From assembly GCA_964035545.1 (NCBI GenBank), contig OZ037771.1, forward strand, positions 11,660,480 through 11,724,479: a stretch of DNA of 64,000 nt, written 5' to 3'. The position numbers were made by a program, and so were the translations under genes. Source of the stretch: Bugula neritina. Its lineage: Eukaryota; Animalia; Bryozoa. Under the pieces are notes generated by a model. It did not search any database, had not been told where the DNA came from, and saw only the letters and a list, made by a program, of their open reading frames with translations. Position 1 is the first letter of the stretch, and every line of letters starts with the position of its first letter. This document shows positions 62,901-64,000 of this stretch, piece by piece.

Positions 62901-63649
62901 TATTTTAAAGACTGCAGTCTTCAAAAAATAAATCTACTAAGTTTATCATTATATATTTCAACTATGAAAACTAAATAAATTTATCTACATTATATAAATC
63001 ATTATAAAGTCTAAAAAAGCTAGTTGGTGCTAATAAAATTAAAATGCAACATTATGTCGTGATTATGAGTATCGCTCAGTGCATGACAAGTAAAGCTGAG
63101 TTAGCATCATTCATTTGAAATTTTCTAGAATTTACAACAGCTTAGTCTAATGCTTTTAGTCTTTAATAAATCAAAAATTGTGCAATCTATTTTAGCCAAT
63201 CAACTTTCAAGCTGTTGTACTAATAAGTTTATAGGTCATAATTGTAGTGGTTCTCGGATAACTTATTCATAAGGTTTAGGGGGTGCTTTCTGTAATTGCT
63301 AAAAAGTAGCCAATATGCAAGAAATTGTAAGAAATAGCTATAAAATAGCTTTTAGTAAAAGTACTTGAAGAAGGATTGACCAATTAAATGCCCTCTTTGG
63401 TAGCTGGTCCAGCCCATCCCTCCCACATATATAAAGTCTCTGATCTACTGGAGCTCACCATTCAAGCACAGATCTTCAAACTGAGAGAAGCTGAATAGAA
63501 GAATTAGTACAGAGCAAGAGTAGCAGAGACACTCCCCTATCTGGAAACTGGTTGGGTATTGAAGATGTGACACCTGGTGCATGGCTGGTTCAGCTGAACT
63601 AAATATTGCATAGAACATGTTTATTGTTTATCTGATAACATGAATAAAC

Positions 63650-63868
63650 CGTAACATGTTCTACACAATCTTTAGGACCTACTCTCGTAACATGTTCTAC
63701 ACAATCTTTAGGACCTACTCTCGTAACATGTTCTACACAATCTTTAAGACCTACTCTCGTAACATGTTCTACACAATCTTTAGGACCTACTCTCGTAACA
63801 TGTTCTACACAATCTTTAGGACCTACTCTCGTAACATGTTCTACACAATCTTTAGGACCTACTCTCGT
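63650..63868. repeat. 36-bp tandem repeat, 6 near-identical copies
   Basis: Unit cgtaacatgttctacacaatctttaggacctactct, head to tail with no spacers. Confidence 0.95.
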
Positions 63869-64000
63869 CCAAAGCAGCAAAGATGTTTATTTTTATTTGA
63901 TTGGTCAACAAAAGATGATTAGTAATTTTAGTTTTATATAGAATTTTTGAAAGTTTTCTGATAAGACATAGAAATTGTCAAGGTTTCTATATAAACTATA

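Noticed and set aside
54292-63599. Short ORFs in the right-hand 10 kb
   Set aside because: AT-rich intergenic or repeat sequence with no domain signatures or consistent exon chain that I could detect.
63650-63868. 36-bp repeats as a CRISPR array, or ORFs 63599-63880 and 63656-63922 as genes
   Set aside because: The repeats are head to tail with no spacers, the context is eukaryotic, and the ORFs arise only because the stop-free unit is a multiple of 3.

Overview
AT-rich animal (invertebrate-like) genomic DNA with spliceosomal genes; it is not prokaryotic. I could assemble two complete minus-strand host genes by hand with consistent GT-AG phases. One is a TRIM-type gene (RING, two B-boxes, coiled coil, beta-propeller; 5473-10525, 8 exons). 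The other is a 22-exon secreted reprolysin (M12B)-like metalloprotease with an F-type lectin domain and six ShK domains (36807-53600), whose zinc motif reads HEAMHPLGVRDD, with Asp in place of the third His. Around and between them lies a dense cluster of related Ty3/Gypsy LTR retrotransposons: element 0 (3' end, 1-811), A (12620-17989), B (18432-25862), fragment D (about 26580-28006) and C (28007 to about 34875). A, B and C have the same tRNA-Leu PBS. The main finding is that elements 0, A, B and C carry an extra sense-strand gene downstream of pol. It encodes a non-env protein with tandem zinc fingers and a coiled coil. In A, B and C it is built from an identically sized 25-nt ATG micro-exon and a phase-1 GT-AG intron. 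The window also holds an RTE LINE fragment, several MITE or foldback elements, a tRNA-derived tandem array, satellites and long palindromes. All calls come from reading the sequence by eye; no searches were run.
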